Below are positions 9,647 to 20,064 of a stretch of 64,000 nt of DNA, piece by piece; position 1 is the first letter of the stretch; each line of letters opens with the position of its first letter. The notes below the pieces were generated by a model. That model was not told the DNA's origin. It searched no databases and saw only the letters and a program-made list of their open reading frames with translations. The position numbers were made by a program, and so were the translations under genes. The stretch is from contig JBAYIE010000006.1 in NCBI GenBank assembly GCA_041665785.1, forward strand, positions 38,021 to 102,020. Direction: 5' to 3'. The stretch comes from Bacteroidia bacterium. GTDB taxonomy: Bacteria; Bacteroidota; Bacteroidia; UKL13-3.

Positions 9647-10597
9647 CTAACTCAATTGTCCCGGCTGTGCCAGATTCTCCAGCATCTCTTTCGTCATGGC
9701 ATCCAGGTCGAAACGCGGTTTCCATCCCCAATGTGCCCTTGCTTCTGCATCGTTGATGCTACGCGGCCAGCTGTCGGCAATGGCCTGACGGAAATCGGGA
9801 TTGTATTGGATTGTAAAGTCGGGAATGAATTTCTGAATGCTGGCTGCTATGCCTTTGGGATCGAAACTGATTCCTGCTACATTATAACTGCTGCGGATCC
9901 TAACTTTTTCAGCAGGCGCTTCCATCAGTTCCAGCGTTGCACGTATAGCATCGGGCATAAACATCATCGGCAACTCAGTATGTTCGCTCAGGAAGCTGGT
10001 ATACGTTTTATTTTTTAATGCTTCATGGTAAATGTGTACGGCATAATCGGTGGTTCCTCCACCCGGCGCCGACTTGTAACCGATCAATCCGGGATAACGG
10101 ATGCTGCGCACATCCACACCGAATTTCTGATGATAGTATTCGCAAAAACGTTCACCGGCTTGTTTGCTGATTCCGTAAATGGTATTCGGTTCCATAACGG
10201 TGTATTGTGGCGTATGATCGCGCGGGGTTGTCGGACCAAATACAGCTATGGAACTGGGCCAGTATACTTTTTTGATGATTCCTTCTTTGGCTGCATCCAA
10301 TACATGAAACAAGCCTTCCATATTCAGATCCCAGGCTAACTTTGGTTTTTGCTCGGCCGTTGCCGACAATAAAGCAGCCAGCAAATACACCTGAGTGATC
10401 TGGTGCTTTTTCATGATCTCATACATGGATTGTTTGTCCATCACATCCAGTTTTTCGAAAATCCCCACCTGATTTTCCAACGGACGAATATCCGAAGTGA
10501 TCACATTGTTTTCTCCGTAAACCGTTCTGCAGGTCTCAGCCAGTTCAAGGCCGATCTGGCCATTGGCGCCCATGATGAGTATTTTTTCCGTCGACAT
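9647..10597 (-). CDS. NAD-dependent epimerase/dehydratase family protein, L-threonine 3-dehydrogenase-like (extended SDR).
   Basis: GANGQIG Rossmann motif and a YxxxK-type segment (IYGISKQAGERF). Overall length and sequence resemble the UDP-glucose-epimerase-like TDH family. Confidence 0.65.
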   Translation of the reverse strand: MSTEKILIMGANGQIGLELAETCRTVYGENNVITSDIRPLENQVGIFEKLDVMDKQSMYEIMKKHQITQVYLLAALLSATAEQKPKLAWDLNMEGLFHVLDAAKEGIIKKVYWPSSIAVFGPTTPRDHTPQYTVMEPNTIYGISKQAGERFCEYYHQKFGVDVRSIRYPGLIGYKSAPGGGTTDYAVHIYHEALKNKTYTSFLSEHTELPMMFMPDAIRATLELMEAPAEKVRIRSSYNVAGISFDPKGIAASIQKFIPDFTIQYNPDFRQAIADSWPRSINDAEARAHWGWKPRFDLDAMTKEMLENLAQPGQLS

Positions 10598-10689
10598 CTA
10601 TGCTGTTATTTGGTTCGCGATATTAAAATAAACTTTTTACAAGTCGACTCAAAAGTAGTGAATGTTCATTGAATTTAATTTGAGGGAAC

Positions 10690-10975
10690 GCAATAGTGCA
10701 TCTCCGCATGATGCAGCACAACTCCGAACGATGTAGCGCATCTCCGAATGCGCGATTCCTTTCACTACAATGTTGTAGGTGTATCATTTCTCTCCCCACG
10801 TCGCGATGTTCAACCGCGTTGCGGTTTTTTGAGGAGGGGGTGTCACGTGCGGGTTATGGAGGTTGAACCGCGTTGCGGTTATGGGTTTGTTGTTGAGTGT
10901 AAGGTTAGCCCGCCTTCGCCAAAATCTTCGGCGAGGCAATGCATTCTTCATTCTTCATTCTTCATTTTAAACCCA
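10690..10975. repeat. Composite intergenic repeat locus 1: paired GCATCTCCG hairpins, two AACCGC-GTT-GCGGTT hairpin boxes and a (CATTCTT)n microsatellite box.
   Basis: gcatctccgcatgatgc and gcgcatctccgaatgcgc hairpins. tgttcaaccgcgttgcggtt and atggaggttgaaccgcgttgcggtt boxes. ggcgaggcaatgcattcttcattcttcattcttcatttt box. The same boxes recur at three other loci in the window. Confidence 0.7.
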
Positions 10976-12630
10976 TCCTCCAAACGATTCGTTCTCCACT
11001 GCAGATTCGGATCCAAAATAGATGTACAAGGTATTTCTGCATCCCAGCATTGTGCATTACCCTCCGGCATCATCACGTATCCGCCCAGAGGCAAAGGCAC
11101 ACGCTGCATGGTGTTAGTTCCATATGGAAGCAGGGTTATCAGGTTGCGTTGGAATCGGTCTGCGGGCAAATATAATTTTGTAAAAAATATACCACCGGCT
11201 ATTAATAAAACCATGCCCCCAAACATTACCCAGCGGGCTTGAAAAAGGTGATTGAAGCGAGAAATAGTAAATCGGTGCTGAAACATCCAGGCAATGTAAA
11301 ACACGAGGTATCCAAAAATAAAACGCGTAGCGGGTGCATTCATAAACCACACCGGCATAGCCAATGCAATAGTGATTAGCAACAAAGCGGAATGCTCTTT
11401 GCGAATGATTTCCTTCCAACGTTTTCTGCTCCGGCGAATCAACAAGGCAATCATCAGAAACAAGGCATCAACCACAAACAAAGCCAACAGAAATTTACTG
11501 AACAGATCCAGATGCTTAATCCATTGCACAAACCATTGGGTGAAGGGCATCTGCTTTACCGTTTCCAAATCCACACCCGGTACACGCTCGTTCGCTATAT
11601 TGATGGCGCGTTCGTATTGCAAGGTTTCTGCACGCATTTTCCAGTCTACATCAAACAAGTCCAATTGATCCACCGGATAAAGCAGGTAACCCGATTTCAA
11701 TACATTGGTTTGCAACCAGGGTGTAAACAGCAGCAGGCAAAATAAAGTCAATACTGTAATACCTTTCCGTAACACATCCAGCTTCTGCATCAACAGCCAA
11801 CCTACAGGAATAAACAATAACGTAATGGCAGATAATTTAAATGTAACCATTGTTAAAAATACCAGCAAAAGGGGTGCCCGCTTTCTCCAATCGGAAACAG
11901 GTTGTTGAATCCATTCGGTAAATGTGATCAGTGTTAATATGGTGATCGCATAATCGTTGGTAACTGCACCCACATATTTTCGGTAGGCCATCAAAATCAG
12001 ATACAAAAAGATGACGCCCTTTAAAATGAAATTCGGATCGTTTTTGCGTGGAATAAAATACACGGTAGAAACAATCAGCAATAAAGCATTGAGTACATAA
12101 ACCGATTTCAATCCGAAGAATCCCATGCCGAAATAAGCATGCAGCAAAAACCAATTTGAATTATTGCCCAACTGCCTGCGCAAATTCCCTAAACCCTTCA
12201 CTACCGGAAATTGTTCGTCCCAACGAATGGCCTGCAAATGATAATCTCCAATATCTCCAACTCCTGCTCTGCCGGCCAGATTGAGGATAGCCGCACAAAA
12301 CACAACCATAAAAAAAATCACGTGCAAGGGCGATCCAAAACAATCCTGTTTGAGCTGTGTCAGGTATTTATTCCATTCTGCTTTAACCGGCAAAACCAAA
12401 GCAGTTAGCACCATCAATATCAGCAGGTGCACCATCCATCCCATGGGCAAAAACAAGTGCAGGATTTGTAACAGCAGGGCATCCAGACATAGACCCGGAA
12501 CCAGCAAAAAAAGTGCATGTGAAACTGTGAATTCGGTTCTGAGCAATTTCGAGAAAAGGTGTAAACAAACGATGCCGGAAACCCAGGCAACCAGAAAAGC
12601 ATAGATCAGAAATATTGCAGCGGACAGCAC
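10948..12630 (-). CDS. Polytopic integral membrane protein of unknown function.
   Basis: 560 aa with a dozen or more hydrophobic helices. The last seven codons (KMKNEE-stop) are encoded by the CATTCTTCATT repeat box. Confidence 0.55.
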   Translation of the reverse strand: MLSAAIFLIYAFLVAWVSGIVCLHLFSKLLRTEFTVSHALFLLVPGLCLDALLLQILHLFLPMGWMVHLLILMVLTALVLPVKAEWNKYLTQLKQDCFGSPLHVIFFMVVFCAAILNLAGRAGVGDIGDYHLQAIRWDEQFPVVKGLGNLRRQLGNNSNWFLLHAYFGMGFFGLKSVYVLNALLLIVSTVYFIPRKNDPNFILKGVIFLYLILMAYRKYVGAVTNDYAITILTLITFTEWIQQPVSDWRKRAPLLLVFLTMVTFKLSAITLLFIPVGWLLMQKLDVLRKGITVLTLFCLLLFTPWLQTNVLKSGYLLYPVDQLDLFDVDWKMRAETLQYERAINIANERVPGVDLETVKQMPFTQWFVQWIKHLDLFSKFLLALFVVDALFLMIALLIRRSRKRWKEIIRKEHSALLLITIALAMPVWFMNAPATRFIFGYLVFYIAWMFQHRFTISRFNHLFQARWVMFGGMVLLIAGGIFFTKLYLPADRFQRNLITLLPYGTNTMQRVPLPLGGYVMMPEGNAQCWDAEIPCTSILDPNLQWRTNRLEDGFKMKNEE

Positions 12631-12639
12631 GAAGTTAAA

Positions 12640-13803
12640 TTAAGCCAGTACCTGTTTTAAATCCTCCAGCAAATCTTCTACATCTTCTACACCTACACTG
12701 AGACGCAACAAACTATCCACCACACCAGCCTTTTCGCGCTCTGCTTTGGGAATGGAAGCATGGGTCATTGTAGCCGGATGATTTACCAGCGACTCCACAC
12801 CTCCCAAACTTTCGGCCAGTGCGAATACTTTAAATCGGGAAGCGATCCGGAACGTTTCGTTGAGGTCAGCACCTTTTAACACAATGGAAATCATCCCTCC
12901 GAAATCACGCATTTGTTTTTTGGCAATTTCGTGGTTAGGATGATCTGTGAAACCCGGCCAGTAAACTTTTTCAATTTTCGGATGTGTTTTCAAATACTGT
13001 GCAATCTGCCTTCCGTTTTCGCAATGTGCTTTCATGCGCAGGTGCAACGTTTTCAATCCGCGCAATACCAGAAAACTGTCTTGCGGACCAGGAGTAGCCC
13101 CACACGAATTATGAATAAAGGCTAGTTGCTCGTGAAGGTTATCATTGTTGGTGAGCAAAGCACCCATGATCACGTCACTGTGTCCGCCTAAATATTTGGT
13201 AACACTATGCATCACAATATCGGCACCCAGATCAAGTGGGTTTTGCAGGTATGGCGATGCAAAAGTATTATCGACTGCCAGAGTAATGGAATGCTTCTTC
13301 GCTATTGCCGCGCATGCCGCAATGTCCACAATCTGCATGGTAGGGTTAGTCGGCGTTTCAATCCAGATCAGTTTGGTATTGGGATTTATGTATGCAGAAA
13401 TATTGTTCGCATCATTCATATCGATGAAATGAAATTTGATGCCAAAATTTGCAAATACCTTGGTAAACATGCGGTATGTTCCACCGTATAAATCGTTGCC
13501 GGTAATCACTTCATCACCCGGACGCAACAGTTTGATTACTGCGTCGGTGGCTCCCATACCACTACTGAAACACAATCCGTATTTTGCATTTTCCAAAGCT
13601 GCCAGGCATTTTTCGAGGGCTGTGCGCGTCGGATTTTTTCCGCGTGCATAGGCATATCCTTTGTGTTTACCCGGACTTTCCTGCCAGAAGGTAGAAGTCT
13701 GGTAAATAGGTGTCATAACCGCTCCTGTGGTTGGATCGGGCTCTTGTCCGGCATGAATGGCTTTTGTTCCGAATTTCATATTGCGTGATTTTACTGTTGG
13801 CAA
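12640..13803 (-). CDS. PLP-dependent Cys/Met metabolism enzyme (cystathionine gamma-synthase / beta-lyase / methionine gamma-lyase family).
   Basis: GTKAIHAGQ, YARGKNPTR and the SVTKYLGGHSD lysine-site motif characteristic of this family. The real start may be the internal MKFGTK (13779). Confidence 0.8.
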   Translation of the reverse strand: MPTVKSRNMKFGTKAIHAGQEPDPTTGAVMTPIYQTSTFWQESPGKHKGYAYARGKNPTRTALEKCLAALENAKYGLCFSSGMGATDAVIKLLRPGDEVITGNDLYGGTYRMFTKVFANFGIKFHFIDMNDANNISAYINPNTKLIWIETPTNPTMQIVDIAACAAIAKKHSITLAVDNTFASPYLQNPLDLGADIVMHSVTKYLGGHSDVIMGALLTNNDNLHEQLAFIHNSCGATPGPQDSFLVLRGLKTLHLRMKAHCENGRQIAQYLKTHPKIEKVYWPGFTDHPNHEIAKKQMRDFGGMISIVLKGADLNETFRIASRFKVFALAESLGGVESLVNHPATMTHASIPKAEREKAGVVDSLLRLSVGVEDVEDLLEDLKQVLA

Positions 13804-13829
13804 ACTTAAGGCAAATCTGATTGAAGAAT

Positions 13830-13940
13830 GAATAATGAAAAATTAAGAATGAAAAGTTAAATTTCTTCATTCTTCTCACCGTCGCTTCGCTTTGGCGACA
13901 CAAAGCATTCTTCATTCTTAAATTTCTCATTCTTCATTTT
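13830..13940. repeat. Composite intergenic repeat locus 2: GGCGAC-CATTCTTCATTCTT microsatellite box.
   Basis: tcgcttcgctttggcgacacaaagcattcttcattcttaaatttctcattcttcattttt, plus reverse-orientation gaatgaa runs. Lies upstream of the PLP enzyme gene. Confidence 0.6.
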
Positions 13941-14143
13941 TAATTTATTTCCTTCAAAAACAGTCCTCTGCGAACATTTGCTTCCAAATATCATTTCCAT
14001 CTGTACTTTCGCCGCTTGTACAGCGTTTTAAGCAACGTAGCTATGGTTTTGAAATTTAATGCGATTCCATTTGCATACATTGTTTTAAACCTTAACTTTC
14101 AGAACGAAACAAAACCATTGATTACTTTCAAATAAAATAGCGC

Positions 14144-14509
14144 ATGCCTACCCAGTTTATAAAGAAGATGAACAAAACCGAAGCCGGTTTTCACCTGTTG
14201 ATGATGCTTTCTATGGCCGATGATCATATTCACCATACCGAACACGATGTCATTATTGATTTTCTGAACGATCATTTCAACGACAATATCGACCTGATCA
14301 AAGAACAAGCCTTTTTGAAAGCACTTCCAGCATCAGAGCAGGAAAGCCATTTTATGGAGACGGCAGAGCATTTGTTTGCTATCAGCAACGCCGATGAACG
14401 CCACACCATAACCCGTTTTGCCATGGATGTGGTAATGGCCGACGAAACCATGCAGCATCACGAAAATAAGCTGATCAACAAGCTGTATGATTGCTGGGAT
14501 ATCGAATAA
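14144..14509 (+). CDS. TerB-like (tellurite-resistance TerB / DjlA N-terminal-like) small protein.
   Basis: 121 aa, acidic and helical (GFHLLMMLSMADDHIHHTEHDVIIDFL...). Resembles the TerB family. Weak call. Confidence 0.4.
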   Translation: MPTQFIKKMNKTEAGFHLLMMLSMADDHIHHTEHDVIIDFLNDHFNDNIDLIKEQAFLKALPASEQESHFMETAEHLFAISNADERHTITRFAMDVVMADETMQHHENKLINKLYDCWDIE

Positions 14510-14555
14510 TCCCGGGATCAAACCTTCCCCTTTTACCCATAATTTCTGGTTTTCG

Positions 14556-15029
14556 ATGCGTGCCGGCCTTATTCTGCTGGTTGTTTTTATTCCTGTAACT
14601 TCGCTCCGGGCGCAGGATTGTGTGAATCAGGCTCTCGTAAATTCAACGTATTTCTGTCCCAATCCCGAGTTTTACCCCGTATGCGGTTGCGATGGCAAAA
14701 CTTACCGCAATTTGTGCGAAGCCCAGATGCGTAATGGCATACAATACTATACCGATGGCCCCTGCACTGGTTTTGAATTCGATATTCTACCCAATATTAC
14801 CGCTACCTACCTGGAATTTACCCTGGTTCAATCGGTTAACCCCAGTTTTGTAAAAATGATCATTATGGATGCCTGGGGCAAATTTCTGGTGATTGAGAAT
14901 GTTAGCATTACACCGCGATTTTACCGCAGCATTGATGTTTCCTGGTTGATGCAGGGAGTTTATTTTATACTTGTATACGATTCCAACGACAATTACCGGT
15001 TCCGCAGGTTCGTGAAATACAACCCATAA
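14556..15029 (+). CDS. Kazal-type serine protease inhibitor domain protein with a T9SS C-terminal domain.
   Basis: Signal peptide MRAGLILLVVFIPVTSLRAQ. Kazal signature CPNPEFYPVCGCDGKTYRNLCEAQ...GPC. The C-terminal ~90 aa resemble a Por sorting domain. Confidence 0.6.
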   Translation: MRAGLILLVVFIPVTSLRAQDCVNQALVNSTYFCPNPEFYPVCGCDGKTYRNLCEAQMRNGIQYYTDGPCTGFEFDILPNITATYLEFTLVQSVNPSFVKMIIMDAWGKFLVIENVSITPRFYRSIDVSWLMQGVYFILVYDSNDNYRFRRFVKYNP

Positions 15030-15093
15030 GCCTAAACCGGTTGATATCAAAACCTTTTTTTCACATTTTGTTGTGAATTAAGAATTCCTGCCC

Positions 15094-15101
15094 TATTTTT
15101 G
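15094..15101 (+). promoter_or_regulatory. Candidate Bacteroidetes -7 box (TAnnTTTG) for the rplM-rpsI operon.
   Basis: tatttttg lies about 37 nt upstream of the rplM start, with TTG-containing sequence about 20-25 nt further upstream. Confidence 0.3.
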
Positions 15102-15138
15102 CCACCCCTTATCAGAAAAGTATAAAAATTATTTTATC

Positions 15139-15582
15139 GTGGATACATTAAGTTATAAAACAAAGTCAGCCAACAAAGCTTCCGTTAAAAAGGATTGGTT
15201 TATTGTTGATGCTGAAGGCCAGACTCTGGGCCGTTTTGCAAGCAAAGTTGCCAATATTTTAAGAGGCAAACACAAAACCAGCTTTACCCCGCATGTGGAT
15301 TGTGGTGATAATGTGATCATTATCAACGCAGAAAAGATCCGCTTTACCGGAAACAAGCTGAACGACAAAGATTACGTATTCTATTCCGGTTTCCCGGGTG
15401 GACAGCGTTTCGAGTCGGCCAAAGTGATGCTCGAGAAAAAACCAACCTACGTTGTAGAGCATGCCATCGACGGTATGTTGCCCAACAACAAGCTGGGTCG
15501 CGAAATTTTCAGAAACCTATTTGTGTATGCAGGTACAGAACATCCGCACGCAGCACAACAACCTAAAACCTTAACCTTCTAA
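15139..15582 (+). CDS. rplM: 50S ribosomal protein L13.
   Basis: DWFIVDAEGQTLGRFASKVANILRGKHK is typical of L13. Confidence 0.9.
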   Translation: MDTLSYKTKSANKASVKKDWFIVDAEGQTLGRFASKVANILRGKHKTSFTPHVDCGDNVIIINAEKIRFTGNKLNDKDYVFYSGFPGGQRFESAKVMLEKKPTYVVEHAIDGMLPNNKLGREIFRNLFVYAGTEHPHAAQQPKTLTF

Positions 15583-15590
15583 ATCAGCTA

Positions 15591-15977
15591 ATGGAAATTA
15601 TAAACGCCATAGGAAGAAGAAAAACCGCAGTTGCCCGTGTATACCTCTCAGCAGGTACCGGAAACGTAACTGTTAACGGTAAAGATGTGAAAATATTTTT
15701 TCCGTCTGTTCTCTTACAACACGCCGTAAGCAAACCGTTTGATGTATCGAATACTGCCGGTCAGTTCGACGTTAAATGCAATGTAGATGGTGGTGGAATT
15801 ACCGGACAAGCCGATGCCATTAAACTGGCTATAGCCCGTGCCCTCGTAAAACACAATACCGAATTGAAGCCTTTGCTCAAAGCCGATGGCCTGATGACGC
15901 GCGATCCACGTATGGTGGAACGTAAGAAACCGGGACAGAAAAAGGCACGCAAACGTTTCCAGTTCGTAAAACGTTAA
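15591..15977 (+). CDS. rpsI: 30S ribosomal protein S9.
   Basis: GRRKTAVARVYL...GGGITGQADAIKLAIARAL...KKARKRFQFVKR. Confidence 0.9.
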   Translation: MEIINAIGRRKTAVARVYLSAGTGNVTVNGKDVKIFFPSVLLQHAVSKPFDVSNTAGQFDVKCNVDGGGITGQADAIKLAIARALVKHNTELKPLLKADGLMTRDPRMVERKKPGQKKARKRFQFVKR

Positions 15978-16002
15978 TCAGAATCCTTTTCAATTATAAA
16001 TT

Positions 16003-16743
16003 ATGTCAAAATTCACTCAGGAAGAGTTGTTGGAAGCGGGAGTGCACTTCGGTCACTTAACCCGCAAATGGAACCCCAAGATGGCCCCATATATTTTTAT
16101 GGAGAAAAACGGGATCCACCTCATCGATCTTAACAAGACAGCCCACAAGCTGGATGAGGCCTCTAGCGCCATTAAAAACATCGTAAAATCGGGTCGTAAG
16201 ATTTTGTTCGTGGCTACCAAAAAACAAGCCAAAGAAATCATCGAAACCGAAGCGAACAAGGTAAACATGCCCTTTGTAACCGAGCGTTGGCTGGGTGGTA
16301 TGTTAACCAACTTCACTACCGTTCGTAAATCCATCAAGAAACTCCAGAATCTGGATAAGATGGCCCAGGACGGTACTTACGCAAACATCAACAAGAAAGA
16401 ACGCCTCATGGTTGAGCGCGAGAAAATCAAGTTGACCCGCTTGCTCGGAGGTATTGCCGATTTAAACCGTTTGCCTGCTGCTCTGTTTATTGTGGACGTT
16501 AAACGCGAACACATTGCTGTGGCCGAAGCGCAAAAACTGAATATTCCAACGTTTGCCCTGGTAGATACGAATTCGGATCCTACAGTTGTAGATTTCCCGA
16601 TTCCTGCCAACGACGATGCCGCTAAATCCATAGCCCTGATCGCGAAAGTAATGACCGAAGCAATTGCTGAAGGACTTGCCGAACGCAAAAAGGATAAGGA
16701 AGAAAGCGACAAAGAAGCCGTTCCTTCAACTGAAGAAGCATAA
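16003..16743 (+). CDS. rpsB: 30S ribosomal protein S2.
   Basis: [24 protein letters not shown]...[22 protein letters not shown]. Confidence 0.9.
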   Translation: MSKFTQEELLEAGVHFGHLTRKWNPKMAPYIFMEKNGIHLIDLNKTAHKLDEASSAIKNIVKSGRKILFVATKKQAKEIIETEANKVNMPFVTERWLGGMLTNFTTVRKSIKKLQNLDKMAQDGTYANINKKERLMVEREKIKLTRLLGGIADLNRLPAALFIVDVKREHIAVAEAQKLNIPTFALVDTNSDPTVVDFPIPANDDAAKSIALIAKVMTEAIAEGLAERKKDKEESDKEAVPSTEEA

Positions 16744-16749
16744 CAAGGA

Positions 16750-16785
16750 AAATCGGCTACCAAAAAATAGCCGATTTTTTTTAAG
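16750..16785 (+). terminator. Stem-loop plus T-run between rpsB and tsf (terminator or attenuator).
   Basis: aatcggctaccaaaaaatagccgatttttttt. Confidence 0.5.
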
Positions 16786-16823
16786 GAATTATTTCAATCA
16801 CATTTATTTAAGGAGAGAAAAAC

Positions 16824-17657
16824 ATGAGTACAATTAGTGCAGGTGATGTAAACAAATTGCGCCAAATGACCGGCGCCGGAATGATGGATTGCAAAAAAGC
16901 GTTGACTGAAACCAACGGAGATTTTGAAGCCGCTGTAGATTATTTACGTAAAAAAGGTGCTAAGGTATCGGCCGCCCGTGCCGATCGCGAAGCCAAAGAA
17001 GGTGCAGTGATTGCCAAAACCACTGCCGATAAGAAAACCGGAGTGATCATTCAACTGAGTTGCGAAACTGATTTCGTGGCCAAAAACGACGACTTCGTAA
17101 AATTCGCCCATGCCGTTGCTGATCTGGCCCTGGCCAACAAACCGGCTACCGCTGAAGAACTGAAGGCATTGCCTTTTGAAGGCCTGACCCTGGGTGATAA
17201 AATCACTGAACAGGTAGGTAAGATCGGAGAAAAAATTGACGTGGTACGTTACGAACTGATGAATGGCGAGAATATCGTTCCTTATATCCATGGCGCTAAC
17301 CGTCTGGGTGTATTGGTTTCATTAAGCAGCCAGCCTACCGATGCCAATTTTGTTGCCGGTAAAGATGTAGCCATGCAGGTGGCTGCCCTGAATCCGGTGG
17401 CTTTGGATAAAGATGATGTAGATTCAGCCGTTGTAGCCCGCGAAATCGAAATCGGAAAAGAACAGGCTCGTGCCGAAGGAAAACCGGAAGCCATGCTGGA
17501 AAAAATTGCTCAGGGTAAATTGGGTAAATTCTACAAAGAATCAACCCTCATGAACCAGGAGTTTGTAAAAGACAATTCCAAAACCATCGCTCAAATGCTG
17601 GATGGCGTTGAGAAAGGCCTTACTGTGAAAGCCTTCAAACGCATAGCCTTAGGTTAA
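16824..17657 (+). CDS. tsf: Elongation factor Ts.
   Basis: VNKLRQMTGAGMMDCKKALTETNGDFEAAVDYLRKKG UBA-like N-terminus. Confidence 0.9.
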   Translation: MSTISAGDVNKLRQMTGAGMMDCKKALTETNGDFEAAVDYLRKKGAKVSAARADREAKEGAVIAKTTADKKTGVIIQLSCETDFVAKNDDFVKFAHAVADLALANKPATAEELKALPFEGLTLGDKITEQVGKIGEKIDVVRYELMNGENIVPYIHGANRLGVLVSLSSQPTDANFVAGKDVAMQVAALNPVALDKDDVDSAVVAREIEIGKEQARAEGKPEAMLEKIAQGKLGKFYKESTLMNQEFVKDNSKTIAQMLDGVEKGLTVKAFKRIALG

Positions 17658-17675
17658 TCCAATAGTATTTTAATA

Positions 17676-17735
17676 AAAAAGCGACTCCAAATTGGGGTCG
17701 CTTTTTTTATGCCCGCTCTCGCGGACTTTCAGTCC
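17676..17735. terminator. Bidirectional terminator cluster between convergent tsf (+) and a T9SS protein gene (-).
   Basis: aagcgactccaaattggggtcgctttttttat hairpin with a T-run, followed by the ctcgcggactttcagtccgtgag hairpin. Confidence 0.6.
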
Positions 17736-17798
17736 GTGAGAAGCCCTCAATAATGATTAAGTAATAGCAATTGGTTAAGTTCTCCTAGAACCATTTAA

Positions 17799-19112
17799 CT
17801 ATTCAACCACCAATTTGCGCGTTGTGGCCAGATCTCCCGCTACAATTTGCATGAAATAAATTCCGGGCTTTATATCGTGTAAGGATACCTCATGTTTCGA
17901 TGCGGCTGACTTAATTCCCCAGGTTTGAACAGACTTTCCTAACTGATCGAACAATTCCAGTTGAACCGCTGCTGCGGTGCTCAAAAGTAAGCATACACTC
18001 TGCTGAGCAGGATTGGGAAATAATTCCATGGTTGACAGCTTAATCGATTCGTCTACACCAATCACAGCACCCGGACCTCTGCCATAAAAACGCAAATTGT
18101 AATTGTCATTCGCTATAAGATAATCATCATTTACAAAAACAGCGCTGGTTCCTCCTGTACTCAACTTGCCGAGAAATCGCAAGTTGGATGGATTGGTAAC
18201 GTCGAACAGGGCAACACCAAGTGAAGTGCCAACATAGAGTGTATCTTTATACAAAAATAATCCGGAATGACCCGATGGATCAAATCCCGGAACCTGCAGG
18301 TAATTGAATGAATCCAGCTGTGCATTGTTGTTCATATTGACAGAATAAACAAAAGCTTGTGATGATGTGCTTGAGGCAGTATAAAGTATTTTATTCGGGG
18401 CATCGTACAGCATTTGATCCGGATCACCAAACAGAGCTGTCAGGGTTGTTTTGGTAACCGTTGGAGCAGCCGAAACATCCATGATATTTACATTGTATCC
18501 ATCACTCGCAATTATTTTATCAGCACTCAAACGTTGTACACTTCCGCTGTTGATCCCTGAATAACTCTTCTCCGCAATTTTTGTCAGATTGTTCAAGTCA
18601 CTCAGATCGATCAGGTAATAATTGGATCCGCTATAATGCAATTTGCTTCCTTCAATCAGAAGCGAGGCCGTCATGTATCCGATATTCTTGGTTGCAATAC
18701 CATCTTTAAAGGTATTTATTTTGCGTGTCCATACCGGATTGGCCGGTGTTGACGCATTGATAATTTGTATTCCTTTGCTTCCTATAGCATAGATATCCGA
18801 ACCGCGAAACACAAAATCAGTAACACCAAACGAATCGGTTTGAATGCCCATGCGCTTCAACCGTTTAACAGAATCAATCAGAGTGATATCGTATGTATCA
18901 AAGAATCCTTTGTACGATAAATTTACATGCTGAGCACCTGCATAAATAATGTTTGGATTCGAAGGATGAGCCTTGATGACCTTCGCATACAACCCCTCAC
19001 TTGAATACGAAAATGTAGCAACCGGGTGGTAGCTTTGAGCCTGCATGTTATTCACCAGGTAAGTCAAAACAAGGAAGAAAAGAACTTTTTTCATAATGTG
19101 TGTTGAAATCAA
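17799..19112 (-). CDS. Secreted protein with a T9SS C-terminal sorting domain; function unknown.
   Basis: Signal peptide MKKVLFFLVLTYLVNNMQAQ. C-terminal MELFPNPAQQSV...GIYFMQIVAGDLATTRKLVVE. Confidence 0.6.
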   Translation of the reverse strand: MISTHIMKKVLFFLVLTYLVNNMQAQSYHPVATFSYSSEGLYAKVIKAHPSNPNIIYAGAQHVNLSYKGFFDTYDITLIDSVKRLKRMGIQTDSFGVTDFVFRGSDIYAIGSKGIQIINASTPANPVWTRKINTFKDGIATKNIGYMTASLLIEGSKLHYSGSNYYLIDLSDLNNLTKIAEKSYSGINSGSVQRLSADKIIASDGYNVNIMDVSAAPTVTKTTLTALFGDPDQMLYDAPNKILYTASSTSSQAFVYSVNMNNNAQLDSFNYLQVPGFDPSGHSGLFLYKDTLYVGTSLGVALFDVTNPSNLRFLGKLSTGGTSAVFVNDDYLIANDNYNLRFYGRGPGAVIGVDESIKLSTMELFPNPAQQSVCLLLSTAAAVQLELFDQLGKSVQTWGIKSAASKHEVSLHDIKPGIYFMQIVAGDLATTRKLVVE

Positions 19113-19260
19113 ATATACCCTTATTCACGACATTACATCGGGATAACAGAAAGTAGCAATCTGTAACCTGCTTAGTTCCGCCTTTTATAAGATGAACTTT
19201 TTAAACGGTTGCGATGCTGATTTGCCACTTTTATTTTGCATCAATCAAAGATTTGAATGG

Positions 19261-19983
19261 TTAACCGATAGGTATACTGCCTGCGCCTTTGCCGTTGGAT
19301 ATTTTTCTTAAAAATGCGGTAACCAGTTTATGCGGAACTTCCGGTGTCGAATTATCCTGCGGTACAAAAAGTGTTGCAATAAAAAAGGGATGTTTCTCCA
19401 ACTCCAGGATGCGTGCTTCGTTCATGGAATCGGTGCCTACAATTTTAAACCCGTTTGTATGCAGATGATTTTGATACTCCGGATTGAGGCCAAAATTGCA
19501 ATAATATTTCTCCTTGATTTTGCCCTGCCCAAATACTTCAAAGGTTTGTGATTTTCTGTATATAAGTTCAATCTCCAGCGTTTGACCGGCTAATGAACAA
19601 CTCAGTGGATTGATCACCAATTTAGAAGCATAGGGATCGTATTCGGCATGCTCAGCATCCTTTATACGCAGTACATTCCGGGCATATTCAATCACCATGT
19701 GCTGAAATCCGCCACAAGTGCCTAAGACCGGTAATTTATTTTCGCGTGCAAATTGAATAACCCTCAAAGCTCCGGCCATACTTTTATAAGGACTTCCCGG
19801 TGCAATCCAGAAACCGCTATAGGTTGATACGATCCGATCAAAATCACGCTGTGCCGTATCGGTAGGGATCCAGTCATATTGGAGTGGAATAGCAAATTTT
19901 ACCATAGCATGTCCAATCGCTTCATTCGTTGCCCGGTGAGGCCTGAATCCTTCCTGAAAATCTCCTATGATGGCAAGTTTCAT
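19261..19983 (-). CDS. Class I glutamine amidotransferase-like protein (CTP synthase C-terminal region-related).
   Basis: GTCGGFQHMVIEYARN catalytic Cys motif, followed by His/Glu. The protein is stand-alone. Confidence 0.65.
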   Translation of the reverse strand: MKLAIIGDFQEGFRPHRATNEAIGHAMVKFAIPLQYDWIPTDTAQRDFDRIVSTYSGFWIAPGSPYKSMAGALRVIQFARENKLPVLGTCGGFQHMVIEYARNVLRIKDAEHAEYDPYASKLVINPLSCSLAGQTLEIELIYRKSQTFEVFGQGKIKEKYYCNFGLNPEYQNHLHTNGFKIVGTDSMNEARILELEKHPFFIATLFVPQDNSTPEVPHKLVTAFLRKISNGKGAGSIPIG

Positions 19984-20064
19984 CGTGTATGAAGTTTTAA
20001 TTTGTTATTTCTCCTTCTCTCATTGTTGCACCAAATGGCACGAATACAATTGAAACATAATTTA

